Assembly: GCA_964016885.1 (NCBI GenBank)
Contig: OZ024742.1
Location: 362,948,001 to 363,012,000 of the forward strand
From: Eledone cirrhosa
Taxonomy: Eukaryota
Direction: 5' to 3'
Length of the DNA stretch: 64,000 bases
Under the pieces are notes generated by a model, which made no database searches, had not been told where the DNA came from, and worked only from the letters and a program-made list of their open reading frames with translations. Within the stretch, counting starts at the first letter, position 1. Every line of letters begins with the position of its first letter. The position numbers were made by a program, and so were the translations under genes. Below, piece after piece: positions 1 through 15,000 of the stretch.

Positions 1-3000
1 GTATCAGTTGTGACTGTGGTAGTTGATAGGTCCCAGTCAATGACCCACTGTATCAGTTGTGGCTGTGGTAGGAGATAGGTCTCAGTCAATGACCCCCTGT
101 ATCACTAGTGGCTGTGGTAGTTGATAGATCTCAGTCAATGACACCATGTATCAGTTGTGGCTGTGGTAGTTGATAGGTCTCAGTCAATGACCCCCTGTAT
201 CAGTTGTGATTGTGGTAGTTGATAGGTCTCAGTCAATGACCCCCTGTATCAGTTGTGACTGTGGTAGTTGATAGGTCTCAGTCAATGACCCCCTGTATCA
301 GTTGTGGCTGTGGTAGTTGATAGGAATCAGTCAATGTCCCCCTGTATCAGTTGTGACTGTGGTAGTTGATAGGTCTCCGTCAATGACCCCCTGTATCACT
401 AGTGACTGTGCTAGTTGATAGGTCTCAGTCAATGACCCCCTGTATCAGTTGTGGCTGTGGTAGTTGATAGGTCCCAGTCAATGACCCACTGTATCAGTTG
501 TGGCTGTGGTAGGAGATAGGTCTCAGTCAATGACCCCCTGTATCACTAGTGGCTGTGGTAGTTGATAGATCTCAGTCAATGACACCCTGTATCAGTTGTG
601 GATGTGGTAGTTGATAGGTCTCAGTCAATGACCCCCTGTATCAGTTGTGATTGTGGTAGTTGATAGGTCTCAGTCAATGACCCCCTGTATCAGTTGTGAC
701 TGTGGTAGTTGATAGGTCTCAGTCAATGACCCCCTGTATCAGTTGTGGCTGTGGTAGTTGATAGGACTCAGTCAATGTCCCCCTGTATCAGTTGTGACTG
801 TGGTAGTTGATAGGTCTCCGTCAATGACCCCCTGTATCACTAGTGACTATGCTAGTTGATAGGTCTCAGTCAATGACCCCCTGTATCAGTTGTGGCTGTG
901 GTAGTTGATAGGTCCCAGTCAATGACGCCCTGTATCAGTTGTGGCTGTGGTAGTTGATAGGTCTCAGTCAATGACCCCCTGTATCAGTTGAGACTGTGGT
1001 AGTTGATAGGTCTCAGTCAATGACCCCCTGTATCAGTTGTGACTGTGCTAGTTGATAGGTCTCAGTCAATGACCCCCTGTATCAGTAGTGGCTGTGGTAG
1101 TTGATAGGTCTCAGTCAATGACCCCCTGTATCAGTTGTGACTGTGGTAGTTGATAGGTCTCAGTCAATGACCCCCTGTATCACTAGTGGCTGTGGTAGTT
1201 GATAGGTCTCAGTCAATGACCCCCTGTATCAGTTGTGGCTGTGGTAGTTGATAGGTCTCAGTCAATGACCCCCTGTATCAGTAGTGGCTGTGGTAGTTGA
1301 TAGGTCTCAGTCAATGACCCCCTGTATCAAATGTGGCTGTGGTAGTTGATAGGTCTCAGTCAATGACCCCCTGTATCAGTTGTGGCTGTGGTAGTTGATA
1401 GGTCTCAGTCAATGACCCCCTGTATCAGTTGTGGCTGTGGTAGTTGATAGGTCTCAGTCAATGACCCCCTGTATCAGCTGTGACTGTGGTAGTTTATAGG
1501 TCTCAGTGAATGACCCCCTGTATCAGTTGTGGCTGTGGTAGTTGATAGGTCTCAGTCAATGACCCCCTGTATAACTAGTGACTGTGGTAGTTGATAGGTC
1601 TCAGTCAATGACCCCCTGTATCAGTTGTGACTGTGGTAGTTGATAGGTCTCAGTCAATGACACCCTGTATCAGTAGTGGCTGTGGTAGTTGATAGATCTC
1701 AGTCAATGACCCCCGGTATCAGTTGTGACTAGTGACTGTGGTAGTTGATAGGTCTCAGTCAATGACCCCCTGTATCAGTTGTGACTGTGGTAGTTGATAG
1801 GTCCCAGTCAATGACCCCCTGTATCAGTTGTGGCTGTGGTAGGAGATAGGTCTCAGTCAATGACCCCCTGTATCACTAGTGGCTGTGGTAGTTGATAGAT
1901 CTCAGTCAATGACCCCCTGTATCAGTTGTGGCTGTGGTAGTTGATAGGTCTCAGTCAATGACCCCCTGTATCAGTTGTGATTGTGGTAGTTGATAGGTCT
2001 CAGTCAATGACCCCCTGTATCAGTTGTGACTGTGGTAGTTGATAGGTCTCAGTCAATGACCCCCTGTATCAGTTGTGACTGTGGTAGTTGATAGGTCTCA
2101 GTCAATGACCCCCTGTATCAGTTGTGATTGTGGTAGTTGATAGGTCTCAGTCAATGACCCCCTGTATCAGTTGTGGCTGTGGTAGTTGATAGGACTCAGT
2201 CAATGACCCCCTGTATCAGTTGTTACTGTGGTAGTTGATAGGTCTCCGTCAATGACCCCCTGTATCAGTTGTGACTGTGGTAGTTGATAGGTCTCAGTCA
2301 ATGACCCCCTGTATCATTAGTGACTGTGCTAGTTGATAGGTCTCAGTCAATGACCCCCTGTATCAGTTGTGGCTCTGGTAGTTGATAGGTCTCAGTCAAT
2401 GACCCCCTGTATCAGTTGTGACTGTGGTAGTTGATAGGTCTCAGTCAATGACACCCTGTATCAGTTGTGACTGTGGTAGTTGATAGGTCTCAGTCAATGA
2501 CCCCCTGTATCAGTAGTGGCTGTGGTAGTTGATAGGTCTCAGTCAATGACCCCCTGTATCAGTAGTGGCTGTGGTAGTTGATAGGTCTCAGTCAATGACC
2601 CCCTGTATCACTAGTGGCTGTGGTAGTTGATAGGTCTCAGTCAATGACCCCCTGTATCAGTTGTGACTGTGGTAGTTGATAGGTCTCAGTCAATGACCCA
2701 TGTATCAGTTGTGGCTGTGGTAGTTGATAGGTCTCAGTCAATGACCCCCTGTATCACTAGTGACTGTGGTAGTTGATAGGACTCAGTCAATGACCCCCTG
2801 TATCAGTTGTGACTGTGGTAGTTGATAGGTCTCCGTCAATGACCCCCTGTATCAGTTGTGACTGTGGTAGTTGATAGGTCTCAGTCAATGACCCCCTGTA
2901 TCACTAGTGACTGTGCTAGTTGATAGGTCTCAGTCAATGACCCCCTGTATCAGTTGTGGCTGTGGTAGGTGATAGGTCCCAGTCAATGACGCCCTGTATC

Positions 3001-6000
3001 AGTTGTGGCTGTGGTAGTTGATAGGTCTCAGTCAATGACCCCCTGTATCAGTTGTGACTGTGGTAGTTGATAGGTCTCAGTCAATGACCCCCTGTATCAG
3101 TTGTGACTGTGCTAGTTGATAGGTCTCAGTCAATGACCCCCTGTATCAGTAGTGGCTGTGGTAGTTGATAGGTCTCAGTCAATGACCCCCTGTATCAGTT
3201 GTGACTGTGGTAGTTGATAGGTCTCAGTCAATGACCCCCTGTATCACTAGTGGCTGTGGTAGTTGATAGGTCTCAGTCAATGACCCCCCTGTATCAGTTG
3301 TGGCTGTGGTAGTTGATAGGTCTCAGTCAATGACCCCCTGTATCAGTAGTGGCTGTGGTAGTTGATAGGTCTCAGTCAATGACCCCCTGTATCAAATGTG
3401 GCTGTGGTAGTTGATAGGTCTCAGTCAATGACCCCCTGTATCGGTTGTGGCTGTGGTAGTTGATAGGTCTCAGTCAATGACCCCCTGTATCAGTTGTGGC
3501 TGTGGTAGTTGATAGGTCTCAGTCAATGACCCCCTGTATCAGCTGTGACTGTGGTAGTTTATAGGTCTCAGTCAATGACCCCCTGTATCAGTTGTGACTG
3601 TGGTAGTTGATAGGTCTCAGTCAATGACCCCCTGTATCACTAGTGACTGTGGTAGTTGATAGGTCTCAGTCAATGACCCCCTGTATCAGTTGTGACTGTG
3701 GTAGTTGATAGGTCTCAGTCAATGACCCCCTGTATCAGTAATGGCTGTGGTAGTTGATAGATCTCAGTCAATGACCCCCGGTATCAGTTGTGACTAGTGA
3801 CTGTGGTAGTTGATAGGTCTCAGTCAATGACCCCCTGTATCATTTGTGACTGTGGTAGTTGATAGGTCCCAGTCAATGACCCCCTGTATCAGTTGTGGCT
3901 GTGGTAGGAGATAGGTCTCAGTCAATGACCCCCTGTATCACTAGTGGCTGTGGTAGTTGATAGATCTCAGTCAATGACCCCCTGTATCAGTTGTGGCTGT
4001 GGTAGTTGATAGGTCTCAGTCAATGACCCCCTGTATCAGTTGTGATTGTGGTAGTTGATAGGTCTCAGTCAATGACCCCCTGTATCAGTTGTGACTGTGG
4101 TAGTTGATAGGTCTCAGTCAATGACCCCCTGTATCAGTTGTGGCTGTGGTAGTTGATAGGACTCAGTCAATGACCCCCTGTATCAGTTGTGACTGTGGTA
4201 GTTGATAGGTCTCCGTCAATGACCCCCTGTATCAGTTGTGAATGTGGTAGTTGATAGGTCTCAGTCAATGACCCCCTGTATCATTAGTGACTGTGCTAGT
4301 TGATAGGTCTCAGTCAATGACCCCCTGTATCAGTTGTGGCTGTGGTAGTTGATAGGTCCCAGTCAATGACGCCCTGTATCAGTTGTGGCTCTGGTAGTTG
4401 ATAGGTCTCAGTCAATGACCCCCTGTATCAGTTGTGACTGTGGTAGTTGATAGGTCTCAGTCAATGACACCCTGTATCAGTTGTGACTGTGGTAGTTGAT
4501 AGGTCTCAGTCAATGACCCCCTGTATCAGTAGTGGCTGTGGTAGTTGATAGGTCTCAGTCAATGACCCCCTGTATCAGTAGTGGCTGTGGTAGTTGATAG
4601 GTCTCAGTCAATGACCCCCTGTATCAGTTGTGACTGTGGTAGTTGATAGGTCTCAGTCAATGACCCATGTATCAGTTGTGGCTGTGGTAGCTGATAGGTC
4701 TCAGTCAATGACCCCCTGTATCACTAGTGACTGTGGTAGTTGATAGGTCTCAGTCAATGACCCCCTGTATCAGTTGTGACTGTGGTAGTTGATAGGTCTC
4801 AGTCAATGACCCCCTGTATCACTAGTGACTGTGGTAGTTGATAGGTCTCAGTCAATGAGACCCTGTATCACTAGTGACTGTGGTAGTTGATAGGTCTCAG
4901 TCAATGACTCCCAATATCAGTTGTGACTGTGGTAGTTGATAGGTCCCAGTAAATGACCCCCTGTATCAGCTGTAGCTGTGGTAGTTGATAGGTCTCAGTC
5001 AATGACCCCCTGTATCAGCTGTGACTGTGGCAGTTGATAGGTCTCAGTCAATGGCCCCTTGTATCAGTTGTGACTGTGGTAGTTGATAGGTCTCAGTCAA
5101 TGACCCCCTGTATCAGTTGTGACTGTGGTAGTTGATAGGTCTCAGTCAATGACCCCCGGTATCTGTTGTGACTAGTGACTGTGGTAGTTGATAGGTCTCA
5201 GTCAATGACCCCCTGTATCAGCTGTGACTGTGGTAGTTTATAGGTCTCAGTCAATGTCCCCCTGTATCAGTTGTGACTGTGGTAGTTGATAGGTCACAGT
5301 CAATGACCCCCTGTATCACTAGTGGCTGTGGTAGTTGATAGGTCTCAGTCATTGACCCCCTGTATCACTAGTGGCTGTGGTAGTTGATAGGTCTCAGTCA
5401 ATGACCCCCTGTATCAGTTGTGGCTGTGGTAGTTGATAGGTCTCAGTCAATGACACCCTGTATCAGTTGTGGCTGTGGTAGTTGATAGGTCTCAGTCAAT
5501 GACCCCCTGTATCAGTTGTCGCTGTGGTAGTTGATAGGTCTCAGTCAATGACCCCCTGTATCAGTTGTGGCTGTGGTAGTTGATAGATCTCAGTCAATGA
5601 CCCCCTGTATCAGCTGTCACTGTGGTAGTTGATAGGTCTCAGTCAATGACCCCCTGTATCAGTTGTGATTGTGGTAGTTGATAGGTCTCAGTCAATGACC
5701 CCCTGTATCAGTTGTGACTGTGGTAGTTGATAGGTCTCAGTCAATGACCCCCTGTATCAGTTGTGACTGTGGTAGTTGATAGGTCTCAGTCAATGACCCC
5801 CTGTATCAGTTGTAGCTGTGGTAGTTGATAGGTCTCAGTCAATGACCCCCTGTATCAGTTGTGGCTGTGGTAGTTGATAGGTCTCAGTCAATGACCCCTG
5901 TATCACTAGTGGCTGTGGTAGTTGATAGGTCCCAGTCAATGACCCCCTGTATCAGTTGTGGCTGTGGTAGTTGATAGCTCTCAGTCAATGACCCCCTGTA

Positions 6001-9000
6001 TCAGTTGTGACTGTGGTAGTTGATAGGTCTCAGTCAATGACCCCCTGTATCAGTTGTGGCTGTGGTAGTTGATAGGTCTCAGTCAATGACCCCCTGTATC
6101 AGCTGTGACTGTGGTAGTTTATAGGTCTCAGTCAATGACCCCCTGTATCAGTTGTGGCTGTGGTAGTTGATAGGTCTCAGTCAATGACCCCCTGTATCAC
6201 TAGTGACTGTGGTAGTTGATAGGTCTCAGTCAATGACCCCCTGTATCAGTTGTGACTGTGGTAGTTGATAGGTCTCAGTCAATGACCCCCTGTATCAGTA
6301 GTGGCTGTGGTAGTTGATAGATCTCAGTCAATGACCCCCGGTATCAGTTGTGACTAGTGACTGTGGTAGTTGATAGGTCTCAGTCAATGACCCCCTGTAT
6401 CATTTGTGACTGTGGTAGTTGATAGGTCCCAGTCAATGACCCCCTGTATCAGTTGTGGCTGTGGTAGGAGATAGGTCTCAGTCAATGACCCCCTGTATCA
6501 CTAGTGGCTGTGGTAGTTGATAGATCTCAGTCAATGACCCCCTGTATCAGTTGTGGCTGTGGTAGTTGATAGGTCTCAGTCAATGACCCCCTGTATCAGT
6601 TGTGATTGTGGTAGTTGATAGGTCTCAGTCAATGACCCCCTGTATCAGTTGTGACTGTGGTAGTTGATAGGTCTCAGTCAATGACCCCCTGTATCAGTTG
6701 TGGCTGTGGTAGTTGATAGGACTCAGTCAATGACCCCCTGTATCAGTTGTGACTGTGGTAGTTGATAGGTCTCCGTCAATGACCCCCTGTATCAGTTGTG
6801 AATGTGGTAGTTGATAGGTCTCAGTCAATGACCCCCTGTATCATTAGTGACTGTGCTAGTTGATAGGTCTCAGTCAATGACCCCCTGTATCAGTTGTGGC
6901 TGTGGTAGTTGATAGGTCCCAGTCAATGACGCCCTGTATCAGTTGTGGCTCTGGTAGTTGATAGGTCTCAGTCAATGACCCCCTGTATCAGTTGTGACTG
7001 TGGTAGTTGATAGGTCTCAGTCAATGACACCCTGTATCAGTTGTGACTGTGGTAGTTGATAGGTCTCAGTCAATGACCCCCTGTATCAGTAGTGGCTGTG
7101 GTAGTTGATAGGTCTCAGTCAATGACCCCCTGTATCAGTAGTGGCTGTGGTAGTTGATAGGTCTCAGTCAATGACCCCGTGTATCACTAGTGGCTGTGGT
7201 AGTTGATAGGTCTCAGTCAATGACCCCCTGTATCAGTTGTGACTGTGGTAGTTGATAGGTCTCAGTCAATGACCCCCTGTATCAGTAGTGGCTGTGGTAG
7301 TTGATAGGTCTCAGTCAATGACCCCCTGTATCAGTTGTGACTGTGGTAGTTGATAGGTCTCAGTCAATGACCCCTGTATCAGTTGTGGCTGTGGTAGTTG
7401 ATAGATCTCAGTCAATGACCCCCTGTATCAGTTGTGGCTGTGGTAGTTGATAGGTCTCAGTCAATGACCCATGTATCAGTTGTGGCTGTGGTAGTTGATA
7501 GGTCTCAGTCAATGACCCCCTGTATCACTAGTGACTGTGGTAGTTGATAGGTCTCAGTCAATGACCCCCTGTATCACTAGTGACTGTGGTAGTTGATAGG
7601 TCTCAGTCAATGACCCCCTGTATCAGTTGTGACTGTGGTAGTTGATAGGTCTCAGTCAATGACCCCTGTATCAGTTGTGGCTGTGGTAGTTGATAGGTCC
7701 CAGTCAATGACCCCTGTATCAGTTGTGGCTGTGGTAGTTGATAGGTCTCAGTCAATGACCCCCTGTATCAGTTGTGGCTGTGGTAGTTGATAGGTCTCAG
7801 TCAATGACCCCCTGTATCACTAGTGGCTGTGGTAGTTGATAGGTCTCAGTCAATGACCCCCTGTATCACTAGTGACTGTGGTAGCTGATAGGTCTCAGTC
7901 AATGACTCCCTGTATCACTAGTGACTGTGGTAGTTGATAGGTCTCAGTCAATGACCCCCTGTATCAGTTTTGGCTGTGGTAGTTGATAGGTCTCAGTCAA
8001 TGACCCCCTGTATCAGTTGTGACTGTGGTAGTTGATAGGTCTCAGTCAATGAACCCCTGTATCAGTTGTGGCTGTGGTAGTTGATAGGTCTCAGTCAATG
8101 ACCCCCTGTATCAGTTGTGACTGTGGTAGTTGATAGGTCTCAGTCAATGACCCCCAGTATCAGTTGTGACTAGTGACTGTGGTAGTTGATAGGTCTCAGT
8201 CAATGACCCCCTGTATCAGTTGTGGCTGTGGTAGTTGATAGTTCTCAGTCAATGACCCCCTGTATCAGCTGTGACTGTGGTAGTTGATAGGTCTCAGTCA
8301 ATGACCCCCCTGTATCACTAGTGAATGTGGTAGTTGATAGGTCTCAGTCAATGACCCCCTGTATCAGTTGTGGCTGTGGTAGTTGATAGGTCTCAGTCAA
8401 TGACCCCCTGTATCAGTTGTGGCTGTGGTAGTTGATAGGTCTCAGTCAATGAACCCCTGTATCAGTTGTGACTGTGGTAGTTGATAGGTCTCAGTCAATG
8501 ACACCCTGTATCAGTTGTGACTGTGGTAGTTGATAGGTCTCAGTCAATGACCCCCTGTATCAGTAGTGGCTGTGGTAGTTGATAGGTCTCAGTCAATGAC
8601 CCCCTGTATCAGTAGTGGCTGTGGTAGTTGATAGGTCTCAGTCAATGACCCCCTGTATCAGTTGTGACTGTGGTAGTTGATAGGTCTCAGTCAATGACCC
8701 ATGTATCAGTTGTGGCTGTGGTAGCTGATAGGTCTCAGTCAATGACCCCCTGTATCACTAGTGACTGTGGTAGTTGATAGGTCTCAGTCAATGACCCCCT
8801 GTATCAGTTGTGACTGTGGTAGTTGATAGGTCTCAGTCAATGACCCCCTGTATCACTAGTGACTGTGGTAGTTGATAGGTCTCAGTCAATGAGACCCTGT
8901 ATCACTAGTGACTGTGGTAGTTGATAGGTCTCAGTCAATGACTCCCAATATCAGTTGTGACTGTGGTAGTTGATAGGTCCCAGTAAATGACCCCCTGTAT

Positions 9001-12000
9001 CAGCTGTAGCTGTGGTAGTTGATAGGTCTCAGTCAATGACCCCCTGTATCAGCTGTGACTGTGGCAGTTGATAGGTCTCAGTCAATGGCCCCTTGTATCA
9101 GTTGTGACTGTGGTAGTTGATAGGTCTCAGTCAATGACCCCCTGTATCAGTTGTGACTGTGGTAGTTGATAGGTCTCAGTCAATGACCCCCGGTATCTGT
9201 TGTGACTAGTGACTGTGGTAGTTGATAGGTCTCAGTCAATGACCCCCTGTATCAGCTGTGACTGTGGTAGTTTATAGGTCTCAGTCAATGTCCCCCTGTA
9301 TCAGTTGTGACTGTGGTAGTTGATAGGTCACAGTCAATGACCCCCTGTATCACTAGTGGCTGTGGTAGTTGATAGGTCTCAGTCATTGACCCCCTGTATC
9401 ACTAGTGGCTGTGGTAGTTGATAGGTCTCAGTCAATGACCCCCTGTATCAGTTGTGGCTGTGGTAGTTGATAGGTCTCAGTCAATGACACCCTGTATCAG
9501 TTGTGGCTGTGGTAGTTGATAGGTCTCAGTCAATGACCCCCTGTATCAGTTGTCGCTGTGGTAGTTGATAGGTCTCAGTCAATGACCCCCTGTATCAGTT
9601 GTGGCTGTGGTAGTTGATAGATCTCAGTCAATGACCCCCTGTATCAGCTGTCACTGTGGTAGTTGATAGGTCTCAGTCAATGACCCCTGTATCACTAGTG
9701 GCTGTGGTAGTTGATAGGTCTCAGTCAATGACACCCTGTATCACTAGTGACTGTGGTAGTTGATAGGTCTCAATCAATGACCCCCTGTATCAGTTGTGAC
9801 TGTGGTAGTTGATAGGTCTCAGTCAATGACCCCCTGTATCAGTTGTAGCTGTGGTAGTTGATAGGTCTCAGTCAATGACCCCCTGTATCAGTTGTGGCTG
9901 TGGTAGTTGATAGGTCTCAGTCAATGACCCCTGTATCACTAGTGGCTGTGGTAGTTGATAGGTCCCAGTCAATGACCCCCTGTATCAGTTGTGGCTGTGG
10001 TAGTTGATAGCTCTCAGTCAATGACCCCCTGTATCAGTTGTGACTGTGGTAGTTGATAGGTCTCAGTCAATGACCCCCTGTATCAGTTGTGGCTGTGGTA
10101 GTTGATAGGTCTCAGTCAATGACCCCCTGTATCAGCTGTGACTGTGGTAGTTTATAGGTCTCAGTCAATGACCCCCTGTATCAGTTGTGGCTGTGGTAGT
10201 TGATAGGTCTCAGTCAATGACCCCCTGTATCACTAGTGACTGTGGTAGTTGATAGGTCTCAGTCAATGACCCCCTGTATCAGTTGTGACTGTGGTAGTTG
10301 ATAGGTCTCAGTCAATGACCCCCTGTATCAGTAGTGGCTGTGGTAGTTGATAGATCTCAGTCAATGACCCCCGGTATCAGTTGTGACTAGTGACTGTGGT
10401 AGTTGATAGGTCTCAGTCAATGACCCCCTGTATCATTTGTGACTGTGGTAGTTGATAGGTCCCAGTCAATGACCCCCTGTATCAGTTGTGGCTGTGGTAG
10501 GAGATAGGTCTCAGTCAATGACCCCCTGTATCACTAGTGGCTGTGGTAGTTGATAGATCTCAGTCAATGACCCCCTGTATCAGTTGTGGCTGTGGTAGTT
10601 GATAGGTCTCAGTCAATGACCCCCTGTATCAGTTGTGATTGTGGTAGTTGATAGGTCTCAGTCAATGACCCCCTGTATCAGTTGTGACTGTGGTAGTTGA
10701 TAGGTCTCAGTCAATGACCCCCTGTATCAGTTGTGGCTGTGGTAGTTGATAGGACTCAGTCAATGACCCCCTGTATCAGTTGTGACTGTGGTAGTTGATA
10801 GGTCTCCGTCAATGACCCCCTGTATCAGTTGTGAATGTGGTAGTTGATAGGTCTCAGTCAATGACCCCCTGTATCATTAGTGACTGTGCTAGTTGATAGG
10901 TCTCAGTCAATGACCCCCTGTATCAGTTGTGGCTGTGGTAGTTGATAGGTCCCAGTCAATGACGCCCTGTATCAGTTGTGGCTCTGGTAGTTGATAGGTC
11001 TCAGTCAATGACCCCCTGTATCAGTTGTGACTGTGGTAGTTGATAGGTCTCAGTCAATGCCCCCCCTGTATCAGTTGTGACTGTGGTAGTTGATAGGTCT
11101 CAGTCAATGACCCCCTGTATCAGTTGTGGGTGTGGTAGTTGATAGGACTCAATCAATGACCCCCTGTATCAGTTGTGACTGTGGTAGTTGATAGGTCTCC
11201 GTCAATGACCCCCTGTATCAGTTGTGACTGTGGTAGTTGATAGGTCTCAGTCAATGACCCCCTGTATCACTAGTGACTGTGCTAGTTGATAGGTCTCAGT
11301 CAATGACCCCCTGTATCAGTTGTGGCTGTGGTAGTTGATAGGTCCCAGTCAATGACGCCCTGTATCAGTTGTGGCTGTGGTAGTTGATAGGTCTCAGTCA
11401 ATGACCCCCCTGTATCAGTTGTGACTGTGGTAGTTGATAGGTCTCAGTCAATGACCCCCTGTATCAGTTGTGACTGTGGTAGTTGATAGATCTCAGTCAA
11501 TGACCCCCTGTATCAGTAGTGGCTGTGGTAGTTGATAGGTCTCAGTCAATGACCCACTGTATCAGTTGTGACTGTGGTAGTTGATAGGTCTCAGTCAATG
11601 ACCCCCTGTATCACTAGTGGCTGTGGTAGTTGATAGGTCTCAGTCAATGACCCCCTGTATCAGTAGTGGCTGTGGTAGTTGATAGGTCTCAGTCAATGAC
11701 CCCCTGTATCAGTTGTGACTGTGGTAGTTGATAGGTCTCAGTCAATGACCCATGTATCAGTTGTGGCTGTGGTAGTTGATAGGTCTCAGTCAATGACCCC
11801 CTGTATCACTAGTGACTGTGGTAGTTGATAGGTCTCAGTCAATGACCGCCTGTATCACTAGTGACTGTGGTAGTTGATAGGTCTCAGTCAATGACCCCTG
11901 TATCAGTTGTGACTGTGGTAGTTGATAGGTTTCAGTCAATGACCCCTGTATCAGTTGTGGCTGTGGTAGTTGATAGGTCTCAGTCAATGACCCCCTGTAT

Positions 12001-15000
12001 CACTAGTGACTGTGGTAGTTGATAGGTCTCAGTCAATGACCCCCTGTATCACTAGTGACTGTGGTAGTTGATAGGTCTCAGTCAATGACCCCCTGTATCA
12101 CTAGTGACTGTGGTAGTTGATAGGTCTCAGTCAATGACCCCCTGTATCAGTTGTGACTGTGGTAGTTGATAGGTCTCAGTCAATGACCCCTGTATCAGTT
12201 GTGGCTGTGGTAGTTGATAGGTCCCAGTCAATGACCCCTGTATCAGTTGTGGCTGTGGTAGTTGATAGGTCTCAGTCAATGACCCCCTGTATCAGTTGTG
12301 GCTGTGGTAGTTGATAGATCTCAGTCAATGACCCCCTGTATCAGTTGTGGCTGTGGTAGTTGATAGGTCTCAGTCAATGACCCATGTATCAGTTGTGGCT
12401 GTGGTAGTTGATAGGTCTCAGTCAATGACCCCCTGTATCACTAGTGACTGTGGTAGTTGATAGGTCTCAGTCAATGACCCCCTGTATCACTAGTGACTGT
12501 GGTAGTTGATAGGTCTCAGTCAATGACCCCCTGTATCAGTTGTGACTGTGGTAGTTGATAGGTCTCAGTCAATGACCCCTGTATCAGTTGTGGCTGTGGT
12601 AGTTGATAGGTCCCAGTCAATGACCCCTGTATCAGTTGTGGCTGTGGTAGTTGATAGGTCTCAGTCAATGACCCCCTGTATCAGTTGTGGCTGTGGTAGT
12701 TGATAGGTCTCAGTCAATGACCCCCTGTATCACTAGTGGCTGTGGTAGTTGATAGGTCTCAGTCAATGACCCCCTGTATCACTAGTGACTGTGGTAGCTG
12801 ATAGGTCTCAGTCAATGACTCCCTGTATCACTAGTGACTGTGGTAGTTGATAGGTCTCAGTCAATGACCCCCTGTATCAGTTTTGGCTGTGGTAGTTGAT
12901 AGGTCTCAGTCAATGACCCCCTGTATCAGTTGTGACTGTGGTAGTTGATAGGTCTCAGTCAATGACCCCCTGTATCACTAGTGACTGTGGTAGTTGATAG
13001 GTCTCAGTCAATGACCCCCTGTATCACTAGTGACTGTGGTAGTTGATAGGTCTCAGTCAATGACCCCCTGTATCAGTTGTGACTGTGGTAGTTGATAGGT
13101 CTCAGTCAATGACCCCTGTATCAGTTGTGGCTGTGGTAGTTGATAGGTCCCAGTCAATGACCCCTGTATCAGTTGTGGCTGTGGTAGTTGATAGGTCTCA
13201 GTCAATGACCCCCTGTATCAGTTGTGGCTGTGGTAGTTGATAGGTCTCAGTCAATGACCCCCTGTATCACTAGTGGCTGTGGTAGTTGATAGGTCTCAGT
13301 CAATGACCCCCTGTATCACTAGTGACTGTGGTAGCTGATAGGTCTCAGTCAATGACTCCCTGTATCACTAGTGACTGTGGTAGTTGATAGGTCTCAGTCA
13401 ATGACCCCCTGTATCAGTTTTGGCTGTGGTAGTTGATAGGTCTCAGTCAATGACCCCCTGTATCAGTTGTGACTGTGGTAGTTGATAGATCTCAGTCAAT
13501 GACCCTCTGTATCAGTAGTGGCTGTGGTAGTTGATAGGTCTCAGTCAATGACCCACTGTATCAGTTGTGACTGTGGTAGTTGATAGGTCTCAGTCAATGA
13601 CCCCCTGTATCACTAGTGGCTGTGGTAGTTGATAGGTCTCAGTCAATGACCCCCTGTATCAGTAGTGGCTGTGGTAGTTGATAGGTCTCAGTCAATGACC
13701 CCCTGTATCAGTTGTGACTGTGGTAGTTGATAGGTCTCAGTCAATGACCCATGTATCAGTTGTGGCTGTGGTAGTTGATAGGTCTCAGTCAATGACCCCC
13801 TGTATCACTAGTGACTGTGGTAGTTGATAGGTCTCAGTCAATGACCGCCTGTATCACTAGTGACTGTGGTAGTTGATAGGTCTCAGTCAATGACCCCTGT
13901 ATCAGTTGTGACTGTGGTAGTTGATAGGTTTCAGTCAATGACCCCTGTATCAGTTGTGGCTGTGGTAGTTGATAGGTCTCAGTCAATGACCCCCTGTATC
14001 ACTAGTGACTGTGGTAGTTGATAGGTCTCAGTCAATGACCCCCTGTATCACTAGTGACTGTGGTAGTTGATAGGTCTCAGTCAATGACCCCCTGTATCAC
14101 TAGTGACTGTGGTAGTTGATAGGTCTCAGTCAATGACCCCCTGTATCAGTTGTGACTGTGGTAGTTGATAGGTCTCAGTCAATGACCCCTGTATCAGTTG
14201 TGGCTGTGGTAGTTGATAGGTCTCAGTCAATGACCCCCTGTATCACTAGTGGCTGTGGTAGTTGATAGGTCTCAGTCAATGACCCCCTGTATCACTAGTG
14301 ACTGTGGTAGCTGATAGGTCTCAGTCAATGACTCCCTGTATCACTAGTGACTGTGGTAGTTGATAGGTCTCAGTCAATGACCCCCTGTATCAGTTTTGGC
14401 TGTGGTAGTTGATAGGTCTCAGTCAATGACCCCCTGTATCAGTTGTGACTGTGGTAGTTGATAGATCTCAGTCAATGACCCCCTGTATCAGTAGTGGCTG
14501 TGGTAGTTGATAGGTCTCAGTCAATGACCCCTGTATCAGTTGTGACTGTGGTAGTTGATAGGTTTCAGTCAATGACCCCTGTATCAGTTGTGGCTGTGGT
14601 AGTTGATAGGTCTCAGTCAATGACCCCCTGTATCACTAGTGACTGTGGTAGTTGATAGGTCTCAGTCAATGACCCCCTGTATCACTAGTGGCTGTGGTAG
14701 TTGATAGGTCTCAGTCAATGACCCCCTGTATCACTAGTGACTGTGGTAGCTGATAGGTCTCAGTCAATGACTCCCTGTATCACTAGTGACTGTGGTAGTT
14801 GATAGGTCTCAGTCAATGACCCCCTGTATCAGTTTTGGCTGTGGTAGTTGATAGGTCTCAGTCAATGACCCCCTGTATCAGTTGTGACTGTGGTAGTTGA
14901 TAGATCTCAGTCAATGACCCCCTGTATCAGTAGTGGCTGTGGTAGTTGATAGGTCTCAGTCAATGACCCACTGTATCAGTTGTGACTGTGGTAGTTGATA